Part shown: piece by piece, positions 1 to 7,873 of the stretch
How the letters are laid out: every line of letters begins with the position of its first letter
How positions within the stretch are numbered: position 1 is the first letter of the stretch
Sequence record: LT960609
Strand: one strand, 5' to 3'
Length of the DNA stretch: 44,798 nt
Source: Escherichia phage SECphi18
Notes under the pieces: model-generated
What the model saw: the letters and a program-made list of their open reading frames with translations, nothing else
What the model was told of the DNA's origin: nothing
The model's database searches: none
Made by a program: the position numbers and the translations under genes

Positions 1-55
1 GGTGAATAATAGATTGGTTGCAGGATGGGTGTCAACAACTAATTTAAAAAAAAAA
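1..55. repeat. Terminal duplication, copy 1 (identical to 44744-44798)
   Basis: First 55 nt (ggtgaataatagattggttgcagg...aaaaaaaaaa) recur exactly at the window end. Confidence 0.8.
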
Positions 56-80
56 GCGCCGAGGCAAAATGCGACGGCGC
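46..80 (-). terminator. Intrinsic terminator on minus strand
   Basis: Minus strand reads gcgccg-13 nt loop-cggcgc followed by T10 (plus-strand A10 at 46-55). Confidence 0.55.
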
Positions 81-110
81 TAACCAATAAGAGACAATGA
101 GACGGGAATT

Positions 111-139
111 ATTATTACACGCGTGCGCGCCCGTTTCAA
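111..139 (-). promoter_or_regulatory. Sigma70-like promoter, leftward
   Basis: Minus strand: -35 TTGAAA, 17-nt spacer, extended -10 TGtAATAAT; transcript would run into the 46-80 terminator. Confidence 0.4.
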
Positions 140-151
140 TATCCAAAGGAT

Positions 152-180
152 TTGACACCGTGCAGTTTTGGGTGTAGTTT
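152..180 (+). promoter_or_regulatory. Sigma70-like early promoter, rightward
   Basis: -35 TTGACA, 17-nt spacer, -10 TAGTTT, about 30 nt upstream of the first gene. Confidence 0.5.
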
Positions 181-211
181 CGTTGGTCATTAACCAACTG
201 AGGGAAGAGCG

Positions 212-541
212 ATGAATGTAAACGACGCAATCGAAATGTTAACGAAGACTGTTAGCAGTGAGACAAGCCGGTCATGGTCTTATACCGATGCCGTTGGGGC
301 GGTGCTATTTGAGGTCGAGCGCCTGCGCAGTGTAGAAAAAGAATTACGCGCCAGGCTGGAATTGCTCAACGGTACGGCAGCCAGCAAGCTGCAAAAGCAC
401 AATGAAGAAATGGAAGAATACAAAAAGCAGGTTATCCGTTTGCGCGCCGAGGGCAAATCCTGGGCGATGATTGCCGAGTTGACCGGAATTAATCAGAGCA
501 CAGTGCGCTCCTGGGTACGCAATAATAAAACTTCTAAGTAA
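212..541 (+). CDS. Small helix-turn-helix DNA-binding protein (early regulator candidate)
   Basis: 109 aa; RBS gagggaagag before ATG; C-terminal HTH-like segment GKSWAMIAELTGINQSTVRSW. Confidence 0.55.
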   Translation: MNVNDAIEMLTKTVSSETSRSWSYTDAVGAVLFEVERLRSVEKELRARLELLNGTAASKLQKHNEEMEEYKKQVIRLRAEGKSWAMIAELTGINQSTVRSWVRNNKTSK

Positions 542-551
542 GGCCACGGCA

Positions 552-2816
552 ATGAGCTTAATTAAATTCGCTGTAACAAGACCCGCTAAAAAAGGCGAAA
601 AAGCCAGGGCGGAAAACTTCCAGATGACCACCGATGAATTTTTCGAATTTATCAAAGATGCGAAAGAAATCTCCTCGGTGCATATCAACAAGACGGAAGA
701 TAAAGCCGAGTATGCGCGCCGCAAGCGTAAGGCCGACGGCATCGTGGCTTATACCAGTGACGGATTGCGTCGTAAGACCAGTGCGGTGGACCGCTCGATC
801 CTGTTCTTTGATATCGACCGTACCGACACCCGCACCCTACGCCGCTGCCGTAAGGCGTTCATTGACGCGGGTCTGGAGCACGTCTTCCACACCACTACCG
901 GCGACCGCCACCCGCTGAAAGGCGGCACGCGTTGCGCCCGTTTCCTGGTGTTGACCGACAAGCCTGTACCGGCGGAAGACCTGGGCCGCGTCCAGTATGC
1001 ACTATTACACCAACTGGGTCTGTCAGATGTGGACTTCGACGATTGCACGAAAGACACAAACCGCCTTATGTACCTGCCACATCAGCAGTCTGTCGTTAAG
1101 TGTCACTACGGAAAACGTGCCCGCGTCCGTCGTCTGCTTCGCCTGGCTGATACGCTGGGAGTGGAGAAAGAGGAAGTGCGCCGCGAACTAACCCAGGGCG
1201 ATGACGGCGTGGCGGACGGAATTCTGGATTGGTGCTTCCAGGCAGGATTCGAACCGCTGTCGTCTGGTCGTGGTTATGAAGTGCCATGCCCGAACGAACA
1301 TCTGCATAGTGGCGAAGGGTCCACCGCAATCATGGTTAAGGATGGCGAGATCCGTTTCAAGTGTATGCACACCGGCAACGAGTGTTGCTCGGAACTGAAC
1401 AGACACCAGCATCTGGCGCTACGTCTTATCGGGATACCTGACCACCTGAACGTCGAACCACACAACATGTCACGTAAGCAAATCGCCGCCATCCTTCCAG
1501 GACTGGACGACGAGGAAGTGGAATCCTGCTATGAACATATCGTTGATGCAGTTGGCGACGGCGAAGAATACGGCGTGTGCACCGATGCCGACCTGGACAA
1601 CGAGCCGGTTGCGCTGTTCAGTAAGCACGACCCGATCATCGAGGGGTTGATTAACTTTAAATCGACCTGGTACATGGCGGGTGAGTCGAATATCGGTAAG
1701 TCTTTCTACGTGCTGGGGCAGATGGGTGCGGTTGCCGCGGGTATTCCGTTTGGCGGTGCGAAGGTCGTCCAGTCCCATTGCTTCTATTTCGATGCGGAAG
1801 GCGGCGAAGCCTCCAACCAGCGTAAGGAAGCATTGCAGATTAAATACGAGCACGACCTGGACAAGCTGCACATTATAGACCTGCAGTCACGCGGCTGGGA
1901 TATCACCAGCAAATCCGGCTTGCGCGAAGTTATCAGCTTTATCAACCGCACCGCTAACGGCGAACCGGTGGGCCTGGTGGCGTTCGACTCACTCAACCAG
2001 ACGGTTGCGTTGCGGTCCGCCGATGCTAAACCGTTCGACGAGAACAACGCCAGCGATATGGGTGAAGTGGTCAAAGCGCTGAAGGCCATCGCGGAAAATA
2101 CAGGTGGCAGTGCGGGCGTCATCCACCACCCGGCTAAAGGTGCAAACGGCAGCAGAACGCCACGCGGGTCCGGCGCGCTTCATGGTGCTGTCGATTCCGC
2201 GTTCTTCCTGGAACAACCGGACGACAACCAGCCCGGACAATTGAACCTGTATCACGAAAAGGCGCGTAACGGCATCAAGCAAGCGCCGCGCGGATTCGTC
2301 CTGCTCAAGTGCAAAGTTAAGGTGGATCTCCGCAAGTCCGAAGCGTTCGAAGCCCACCAGTCCACCAGCACCGGGCCAGACTTCGGCGATGTGGTTGCCG
2401 GTTGGGACGTCAAGCCGATCGCATCCACGCCTCGCGACGAGACTCTTTACCTCGTACCGGTCGCCCTGGCACCGTTCGCCATCGAACAGGCGAAGGCGGC
2501 GGGCAAGGCCGCAGTTAAGGAAGAGAACACCGCCGGACCGCGCAACGAAAAAGAGAAAGTGCTTTATGCGGCACTGGAAAAACTGATGGAAGATAACCCG
2601 GACCATACTGGATTCAGTAAATCGGCAATTGTCCGCCAGGCCGGACTCGCGAAAGGTGGCACATCGACGAAGGCAATCGACGATATGGTCGAGCGCGGCG
2701 TGCTTGGTTTTTATACAGATCCGCACACCGGGGCAATCTATGGGTCGTCGAATATCGTCATCAAAACGAATATACCCATCACGCTTTCGGCGACCGACGA
2801 CGACTTAAAAGATTAA
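552..2816 (+). CDS. DNA primase-helicase (RecA/DnaB-like ATPase with N-terminal primase-like domain)
   Basis: 754 aa; Walker A-like GESNIGKS in a RecA-like core; acidic N-terminal domain with FFDIDRTD. Confidence 0.6.
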   Translation: MSLIKFAVTRPAKKGEKARAENFQMTTDEFFEFIKDAKEISSVHINKTEDKAEYARRKRKADGIVAYTSDGLRRKTSAVDRSILFFDIDRTDTRTLRRCRKAFIDAGLEHVFHTTTGDRHPLKGGTRCARFLVLTDKPVPAEDLGRVQYALLHQLGLSDVDFDDCTKDTNRLMYLPHQQSVVKCHYGKRARVRRLLRLADTLGVEKEEVRRELTQGDDGVADGILDWCFQAGFEPLSSGRGYEVPCPNEHLHSGEGSTAIMVKDGEIRFKCMHTGNECCSELNRHQHLALRLIGIPDHLNVEPHNMSRKQIAAILPGLDDEEVESCYEHIVDAVGDGEEYGVCTDADLDNEPVALFSKHDPIIEGLINFKSTWYMAGESNIGKSFYVLGQMGAVAAGIPFGGAKVVQSHCFYFDAEGGEASNQRKEALQIKYEHDLDKLHIIDLQSRGWDITSKSGLREVISFINRTANGEPVGLVAFDSLNQTVALRSADAKPFDENNASDMGEVVKALKAIAENTGGSAGVIHHPAKGANGSRTPRGSGALHGAVDSAFFLEQPDDNQPGQLNLYHEKARNGIKQAPRGFVLLKCKVKVDLRKSEAFEAHQSTSTGPDFGDVVAGWDVKPIASTPRDETLYLVPVALAPFAIEQAKAAGKAAVKEENTAGPRNEKEKVLYAALEKLMEDNPDHTGFSKSAIVRQAGLAKGGTSTKAIDDMVERGVLGFYTDPHTGAIYGSSNIVIKTNIPITLSATDDDLKD

Positions 2817-2891
2817 ATTCTGCGCGCATTGGTTGCCGATATGGGAATTCCCATATCGCTAAAAGATTAAATTTTGCGTGCATTGGTTGCC
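2805..2891. repeat. Two copies of a ~33-nt unit (ttaaaagattaaattNtgcgNgcattggttgcc) spaced 54 nt apart
   Basis: Copy 1 overlaps the primase-helicase stop codon; copy 2 starts 54 nt downstream; each ends in an ATTGGTTGCC motif. Confidence 0.6.
2837..2858. promoter_or_regulatory. 22-bp perfect palindrome (candidate protein-binding site)
   Basis: cgatatgggaattcccatatcg is its own reverse complement; sits between the two repeat copies. Confidence 0.5.
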
Positions 2892-2976
2892 ATTTTGGGT
2901 GTTTTTATCCGGTCGTATTGGTTGCCGTGTCGTGTAAATATAGTGAATAGTTATGCAATAAAACTGCATAAACTAA

Positions 2977-3078
2977 GCGGGACAAAAAGCGGGACAAACA
3001 TGAGGCGGGACAAAGCGGGACAGCACCCCTGTCCCGCCCCGGATGACGCGGCCTGGCGAGGAGCGGGACAGCGGGACA
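2977..3078. repeat. Iteron cluster A: six direct GCGGGACA copies plus one inverted copy
   Basis: GCGGGACA at about 2977, 2989, 3005, 3015, 3063, 3071; inverted TGTCCCGC at about 3030; non-coding. Confidence 0.7.
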
Positions 3079-3138
3079 GCACCCCAGTCTTTCAGACTAG
3101 ACGGGGTCAGTGGCCCCCCCCCGTCTGAGACTGAATAA
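3064..3138 (+). other. Conserved ~75-nt structured element, copy A (paralog at 19504-19578)
   Basis: cgggacagcgggacagcaccccagtctttcagactagacgggg...ccccgtctgagactgaataa; hairpins agtct/agact and agacgggg/ccccgtct. Confidence 0.55.
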
Positions 3139-3294
3139 AATCCGGGAGATTGCAAAATACACGGCAGCATGATGCGGATTGCGGTCGTTGATGAACTAGG
3201 CAACCAATGCGGGGTGTATTATGCTGAGTGAAAAATGCGGTTTGCAGTTACAGCAGATAGCGATCGACTTTTTCATGCGCGTGATTAATATTGG

Positions 3295-3323
3295 TTGCAC
3301 CCACCCTGGCACCCTGCTATATT
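3295..3323 (+). promoter_or_regulatory. Sigma70-like promoter overlapping two ATTGGTTGCA motif copies
   Basis: -35 TTGCAC (inside motif copy), 17-nt spacer, -10 TATATT (start of second copy); about 30 nt upstream of the 3352 ATG. Confidence 0.5.
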
Positions 3324-3351
3324 GGTTGCACACCAACATGAGGACTGAACA

Positions 3352-3642
3352 ATGAAAAAATTAATCTGGAATTACGCAATGGCCCTGGCGAAGCTGGTCG
3401 AAGTGAAACAAACAAACGGCAGCGCACCAGAGGCGCGCCTGGTCGCTCCGGCCTGGCATGCGATCATGAACGCGACCGCGGGCCTGAAAGACCCCGAACC
3501 GCTGCGCATGGCTATCCGGGTCTTCGCGATGGCGTTTGCCCGTGAGCGCCTGGCCTATCGCTTCGGTATCGGTGAGACGGCAGCGACAAACGTCGCCCGG
3601 ATTAAAGCCCAGCGCGAACTATTTGCCCAGCTTGCGAAATAA
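3352..3642 (+). CDS. Hypothetical early protein
   Basis: 96 aa ORF; RBS tgaggac upstream of ATG. Confidence 0.5.
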   Translation: MKKLIWNYAMALAKLVEVKQTNGSAPEARLVAPAWHAIMNATAGLKDPEPLRMAIRVFAMAFARERLAYRFGIGETAATNVARIKAQRELFAQLAK

Positions 3643-3651
3643 GGGGCCAAA

Positions 3652-3924
3652 ATGGGCCGTAGACGAGCAAAACAGCTTTCGTGGCATATCCCCCTGCATT
3701 GCATACGAATATGGGCGGAGAATGCGGTTGAGGGCGATTCTGTGTTCTGGTGTTATCGCGATGATGTGAAGCCGCTGACACAGACTCGCTACTTGCACCA
3801 GTTCGCCAGGGAGCATGGGCTACCCATAAAAACGTCCTTGCAACCAATTGGCATTCGTATTACATTACGCCGGAAGCCCGCCGTTGAGCGGGTAGGCAAA
3901 CACTGGAGACTGAGCAAATGTTGA
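3652..3924 (+). CDS. Hypothetical early protein
   Basis: 90 aa ORF; RBS aagggg; starts 10 nt after the previous stop. Confidence 0.5.
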   Translation: MGRRRAKQLSWHIPLHCIRIWAENAVEGDSVFWCYRDDVKPLTQTRYLHQFAREHGLPIKTSLQPIGIRITLRRKPAVERVGKHWRLSKC

Positions 3925-4048
3925 TAGGCGGATTCTCGCAGGAGTTTATCTACCTGCATATGTGCGTACTTGACTACGAACAAAACGGCGTCGCCACGGT
4001 GTGCGATGGCGACACGAAGACTATCGAAGAGATTGAGGAGACAGAGCA

Positions 4049-4606
4049 ATGAAATTACTATTCCGCCGTAAAGCAGATGGCCGTATTCTGAAGCCGATCC
4101 AGACCCTGGATTCCTACGTCCGCCTGCAAAACGCGGCAGGCAATCGGGTGTGGCGGGCGCCGAAACACACGCTGCCGCAGTTCTTCGACGTACTCACTCA
4201 CGATATCGAGCGCGGAGATGTGCTGCGTGATATCCGCGACGGTAGTATGTGGATCGTTGAATATGTCGGTCTTCATGGTCTGCGTATGCAATCCCGCAAG
4301 GATGGCGTAGCAGGTATGACTTACTTCGGGCTGGTCAACTACGAGCGAGTGGGCCGAAAATACTGCCTTCGTGACCGCCAGCCGCATGAGCGCGTTGAGT
4401 TCCGCAAGTCACAGCCCGCCTACGCAACCTACGACTCCCACCAGGTGCAGGCGAGGATGAAACGCGCCGCACACGAAATCGTCAATCGCTTTGATGCCGT
4501 GACGAATGCACAGCGCCATGCGCAGGAATACGGCGTGGGGTTTATCCGTGTCGAACCAGACGGCAGCATGAATGCCATCGACCCGCGCTCGGTGATTCTG
4601 AAATGA
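4049..4606 (+). CDS. Hypothetical protein
   Basis: 185 aa ORF; RBS gaggagacagag before ATG. Confidence 0.5.
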   Translation: MKLLFRRKADGRILKPIQTLDSYVRLQNAAGNRVWRAPKHTLPQFFDVLTHDIERGDVLRDIRDGSMWIVEYVGLHGLRMQSRKDGVAGMTYFGLVNYERVGRKYCLRDRQPHERVEFRKSQPAYATYDSHQVQARMKRAAHEIVNRFDAVTNAQRHAQEYGVGFIRVEPDGSMNAIDPRSVILK

Positions 4607-4743
4607 GTGCGTCTATCCGTGATATGCTGATGCACAACCGCTTTGAGATAGGCGGTCGGGTGTTTCGCAATTACTTCGTGGCGCGTGCCTGGGCGCGCCA
4701 TATTGGCAAACCAGAGGGGGCAATACGATGCTACACGATTTAA
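4603..4743 (+). CDS. Small hypothetical protein (46 aa)
   Basis: ATG overlaps upstream stop (ATGA); clean 46-codon frame ending at TAA; below the ORF-track length cutoff. Confidence 0.25.
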   Translation: MSASIRDMLMHNRFEIGGRVFRNYFVARAWARHIGKPEGAIRCYTI

Positions 4744-5015
4744 TATATTGGTTTGGATTGGGGTGCGCGACACTCGTTGTTACGGTGCTGGCGCTGTTGG
4801 TATGGGTATTCCTGATTTGGCCCGCGGTGGAAGCTGCCAGTATTACCCGCATGACGTTTCAGATATACAAGCGCCGTGGAATCACGGAGCACCCGACCAG
4901 GTTGCGCATGTGGTGGCTATGGTATCGCGATATGATAGGGGGCCGGGTGTTCGAGGCCGTCCGATCGGAAGGGTGGGAGTGGAAAGGCGTCGGCAAGTGG
5001 TCCATTTTCGATTAA
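4728..5015 (+). CDS. Small membrane protein
   Basis: 95 aa; RBS gaggggg; hydrophobic N-terminal segment LGCATLVVTVLALLVWVFLIW. Confidence 0.45.
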   Translation: MLHDLIYWFGLGCATLVVTVLALLVWVFLIWPAVEAASITRMTFQIYKRRGITEHPTRLRMWWLWYRDMIGGRVFEAVRSEGWEWKGVGKWSIFD

Positions 5016-5032
5016 TTATGCAAGCGTGATAT

Positions 5033-5067
5033 AGTCCCAGTGAGATAAAACTTACTGGGACTTTTTT
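5033..5067 (+). terminator. Intrinsic terminator abutting the holin start codon
   Basis: agtcccag-14 nt loop-ctgggact followed by T6, then ATG at 5068. Confidence 0.5.
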
Positions 5068-5358
5068 ATGGATAAGCTAAACGAGTGGTTATTCGCCCTT
5101 GCGTGTCTTGCTGGTGGCTTCGTAGGCGCACGCATTCATGGCGAGGCAACGAAAGGGCCGCTAAACTTCGTTTTATATATCGTGGTTGGCTTCCTGTGCG
5201 CCATATTTGGTGCGCCAGCTATCGCCGAGTGGGCGGGCTTATCCGGCGAGCGCACTGTCGCCGGTTTGGGCTTCGTAACTGCAATCTTCTGGATGCCAAT
5301 AGCCGCCCGGATCAGGGAGACTATTGAGTCGTTCCGACTTCCGGGGGGCGCAAAATGA
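5068..5358 (+). CDS. Holin-like membrane protein
   Basis: 96 aa; two or three predicted TM segments; immediately upstream of the endolysin. Confidence 0.5.
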   Translation: MDKLNEWLFALACLAGGFVGARIHGEATKGPLNFVLYIVVGFLCAIFGAPAIAEWAGLSGERTVAGLGFVTAIFWMPIAARIRETIESFRLPGGAK

Positions 5359-5603
5359 TTATCTCCGTCCTGTTGTTTGTTATCATAGGGGCTTCGTCCC
5401 TGTTTAACGTGTATGCGCCGTCCGTCCGGGATGGCATTTTCGGTCGGGTGTTATATCTGTTAACGGCAATGGTCTGTCTTATCGGATTGTTGCAAACAGG
5501 AGACGTATCAGATACCACCTGGACCGCGTTAATCTGGCTGTTTGCATTGCGCACCCTGCGTAATGCTGTTTTGAATGGGGTAAAACATGCGATTCAGCGA
5601 TAA
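5355..5603 (+). CDS. Second small membrane protein (holin/antiholin-like)
   Basis: 82 aa; ATG overlaps upstream stop; hydrophobic segments. Confidence 0.4.
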   Translation: MIISVLLFVIIGASSLFNVYAPSVRDGIFGRVLYLLTAMVCLIGLLQTGDVSDTTWTALIWLFALRTLRNAVLNGVKHAIQR

Positions 5604-6078
5604 CGGTCTACGATTTACGGCAGCATGGGAGACTTTCAGCCCAGTGCCGTATTTCGCGACTAAGAAAGAGCAGGCCCGTGGCCTGTACACCTGGGGCTAT
5701 GGTCACACCGGCACTAATCCGCCGCGGAGCATTACCCGTGCGGAAGCACTGGAGCTACTCAAGCGAGACGTGGCGTATGCCGAAAACTGGGTGAACAAGT
5801 ACGCACACCCGAGCATCAATCAGGCGCAATTCGACGCGCTGGTGGACCTGGTTATCAATGCTGGTCCAGGTCCGATCATGCCGGACGACGTCGCGGGTGA
5901 TTTCGACGATGCGATCCGCCTGGGTGACTGGGCGAAGGTACGGGCTACACTGCCACAATTCCGCAAGCAAGGCGGGGTAGTGCTCAAGGGGCTTGTCCGT
6001 CGTGCAATCGGCAGACAGGCGCTATTCGATGGTAAGCAGTGGGACGTTGCCGAGAGAATCGGGCGAAACGCAGCATAA
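5587..6078 (+). CDS. Endolysin, lysozyme-like (GH24-type muramidase)
   Basis: 163 aa; N-terminal AWETFSPVPY...TWGYGHTG resembles the phage lysozyme catalytic motif. Confidence 0.65.
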   Translation: MRFSDNGLRFTAAWETFSPVPYFATKKEQARGLYTWGYGHTGTNPPRSITRAEALELLKRDVAYAENWVNKYAHPSINQAQFDALVDLVINAGPGPIMPDDVAGDFDDAIRLGDWAKVRATLPQFRKQGGVVLKGLVRRAIGRQALFDGKQWDVAERIGRNAA

Positions 6079-6094
6079 TACGGGGTAACACAGT

Positions 6095-6355
6095 ATGTTA
6101 AAAAGTATTCTTGATCATAACGCCGACGCGCTCGCTGCGCTGGCTAAAACCGAAGACCCTGGCGCACGCGCTATCATCGCGGATACGATCAGCCATGCGG
6201 GGGTCTTCGATGCGAAGTTGCCCAGCCCGCCGGAAAGTAAGCCGGTGACTAGTGCATCCGTAACTATCACACCGGAATCCGCCGCAGTTGGTGCGAATGC
6301 CACCGCTTCGGTTGCGGTCCAGCCACCCGACGCGACTAACAAGGCAGGGAAGTAG
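6095..6355 (+). CDS. Hypothetical protein (Ala/Pro/Ser-rich)
   Basis: 86 aa ORF directly after the endolysin. Confidence 0.35.
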   Translation: MLKSILDHNADALAALAKTEDPGARAIIADTISHAGVFDAKLPSPPESKPVTSASVTITPESAAVGANATASVAVQPPDATNKAGK

Positions 6356-6514
6356 GTGTCGTCGAATCCTGCCTGTGCGGCGATCGATCAGACTACCGGA
6401 GAAATCACAGCCCAAGCGGCAGGTAGCGCCCACATCTTTTGGGTGGCCTCCGATGGTAGCGGGGCAATGGCGTCCGCCATCTTCACCGTAACGGAAGCAG
6501 GAGAATAAAACCAC

Positions 6515-6540
6515 AAGCCCGGTTAATTCCGGGCTTTTTA
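6515..6540 (+). terminator. Intrinsic terminator
   Basis: aagcccgg-ttaatt-ccgggctt followed by a T-run. Confidence 0.6.
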
Positions 6541-6569
6541 TTGCTTGACTCGGGACCGTGGTATATTGT
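6541..6569 (+). promoter_or_regulatory. Possible sigma70-like promoter
   Basis: TTGCTT, about 17-nt spacer, TATTGT, upstream of the 6601 ATG; weak. Confidence 0.3.
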
Positions 6570-6600
6570 CCTCGGACCCATAATCAGGAAGTGGATTAAT

Positions 6601-7743
6601 ATGCACCCGCAAACTAAAATCACCGACGAGCAATTGATTGCTGAATTACAATCCGGCGCTACATCGAAAGAGATTTCTAAGAAGTACGGTTTATCCCTAC
6701 GAAACGTCTACATGCGCAAAGCCCGCCTGTCGAAGAAAGGTATTGGTCACGGTAACGATGCCGTAATCCGTAAGCGCGTTGCCGATGGCTTCGGGGTTAA
6801 GCGCGTATCCGCCCTGGTGCGCGGCAATGGCGAAGAGGTCATGTCTTGGGTTATCACTGAGCAGGACAAGGAGCGCCAGCTTGAAGCAATGCGCGCCGTT
6901 GTCGAGGGTATGAACAGCGAAATCACACCGGCAGCACCAGTAAGCGCCCCGCCAGTACCGATCCAGGCACTTGACCTGCTTAACCTGTACACCGTGTCCG
7001 ACTTCCACCTGGGCATGTTGGCCTGGGGCGAGGAGACTGGCGAAGACTGGGATATGGCGATTGCCGAAGACCTGTTTTACCGCTGGTTTGTCGAAGCCTT
7101 TGCACGCGCACCGGACGCAGGCACTGCCGTAATTAATATTCTCGGTGATATGGCGCACTTTGATAGTCTCGATGCTGTCACTCCGGCAAGTGGTCACATA
7201 CTGGACGCTGACACCCGCTACCAGAAACTGGTCCGATACATGATTCGCATGGTGCGCAACGTAGTCGAACTGGCGCTGCAAAAACACCACAAAGTCAAAC
7301 TGCTAATCGTCCAGGGAAATCATGACGAGTCGGGTATGATTTGGCTGGCTGAGATGTTCAATACTCTGTACGAGAACGAGCCGCGCGTCGATGTGGATAC
7401 GTCACCGGACGTATACAAGATGGTGCAGCACGGTAAGACCACGCTGTTTTTCCACCACGGGCACAAAGCGCGATTCGATGCTATCGAGCAGGTTATGATT
7501 TCTAAATTCAGACAGGCTTTCGGGTCCAGCGAGTACAGCTATGCGCACGTAGGCCACTTGCACCACCAGAAGATTGTCGAGTCTCGCAATATGATTGTGG
7601 AACAGCACAGGACACTCGCGGCGAAAGACGCCTACGCCAGTCGTGGCGGTTGGATGTCCGGTCGCAGCGCAAACGTCATCACCTATAGCGCCAACTACGG
7701 CGAAGTTGCACGCTTAACCATTAGCCCGGAAATGTTGAAGTAA
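6601..7743 (+). CDS. HTH domain fused to calcineurin-like metallophosphoesterase
   Basis: 381 aa from the internal ATG; N-terminal HTH (ATSKEISKKYGLSLRNVYMRKARL); motifs DFHLG, GDMAHFD, GNHDE, HHGH, GHLHH. Confidence 0.6.
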   Translation: MHPQTKITDEQLIAELQSGATSKEISKKYGLSLRNVYMRKARLSKKGIGHGNDAVIRKRVADGFGVKRVSALVRGNGEEVMSWVITEQDKERQLEAMRAVVEGMNSEITPAAPVSAPPVPIQALDLLNLYTVSDFHLGMLAWGEETGEDWDMAIAEDLFYRWFVEAFARAPDAGTAVINILGDMAHFDSLDAVTPASGHILDADTRYQKLVRYMIRMVRNVVELALQKHHKVKLLIVQGNHDESGMIWLAEMFNTLYENEPRVDVDTSPDVYKMVQHGKTTLFFHHGHKARFDAIEQVMISKFRQAFGSSEYSYAHVGHLHHQKIVESRNMIVEQHRTLAAKDAYASRGGWMSGRSANVITYSANYGEVARLTISPEMLK

Positions 7744-7763
7744 CCCCGCGCTGTAACCCTCCC

Positions 7764-7789
7764 AGCCCGCCGATTTGGTGGGCTTTTTT
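7764..7789 (+). terminator. Intrinsic terminator
   Basis: agcccgcc-gattt-ggtgggct (one G-U pair) followed by T6. Confidence 0.5.
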
Positions 7790-7803
7790 GTGCCTGTTAT
7801 AAT
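7775..7803 (+). promoter_or_regulatory. Sigma70-like promoter with extended -10, upstream of terminase genes
   Basis: -35 TTGGTG, 17-nt spacer, TGtTATAAT. Confidence 0.45.
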
Positions 7804-7873
7804 CCACCTTAGATGGCAGGGCCGTCTCCTATGTTGCCGATGGTCGGCGCATATGAACAAAAGGGCATATATC

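Noticed and set aside
39-230. 63-aa minus-strand ORF across the genome-end intergenic region
   Set aside because: Spans the promoter and terminator signals; low-complexity product; region better explained as regulatory or small-RNA DNA.
1989-2726. 245-aa minus-strand ORF inside the primase-helicase gene
   Set aside because: Fully antisense to a well-supported long gene, no RBS or promoter context; treated as a shadow ORF. Same reasoning for 26306-27160, 27393-28295, 30375-31106 (minus) and 40163-40861, 42330-42989 (plus).
6356-6508. 51-aa GTG-initiated ORF after the lysis genes as a spanin
   Set aside because: No signal peptide, lipobox or TM segment, and no RBS; a better spanin pair exists at 12421-12862.
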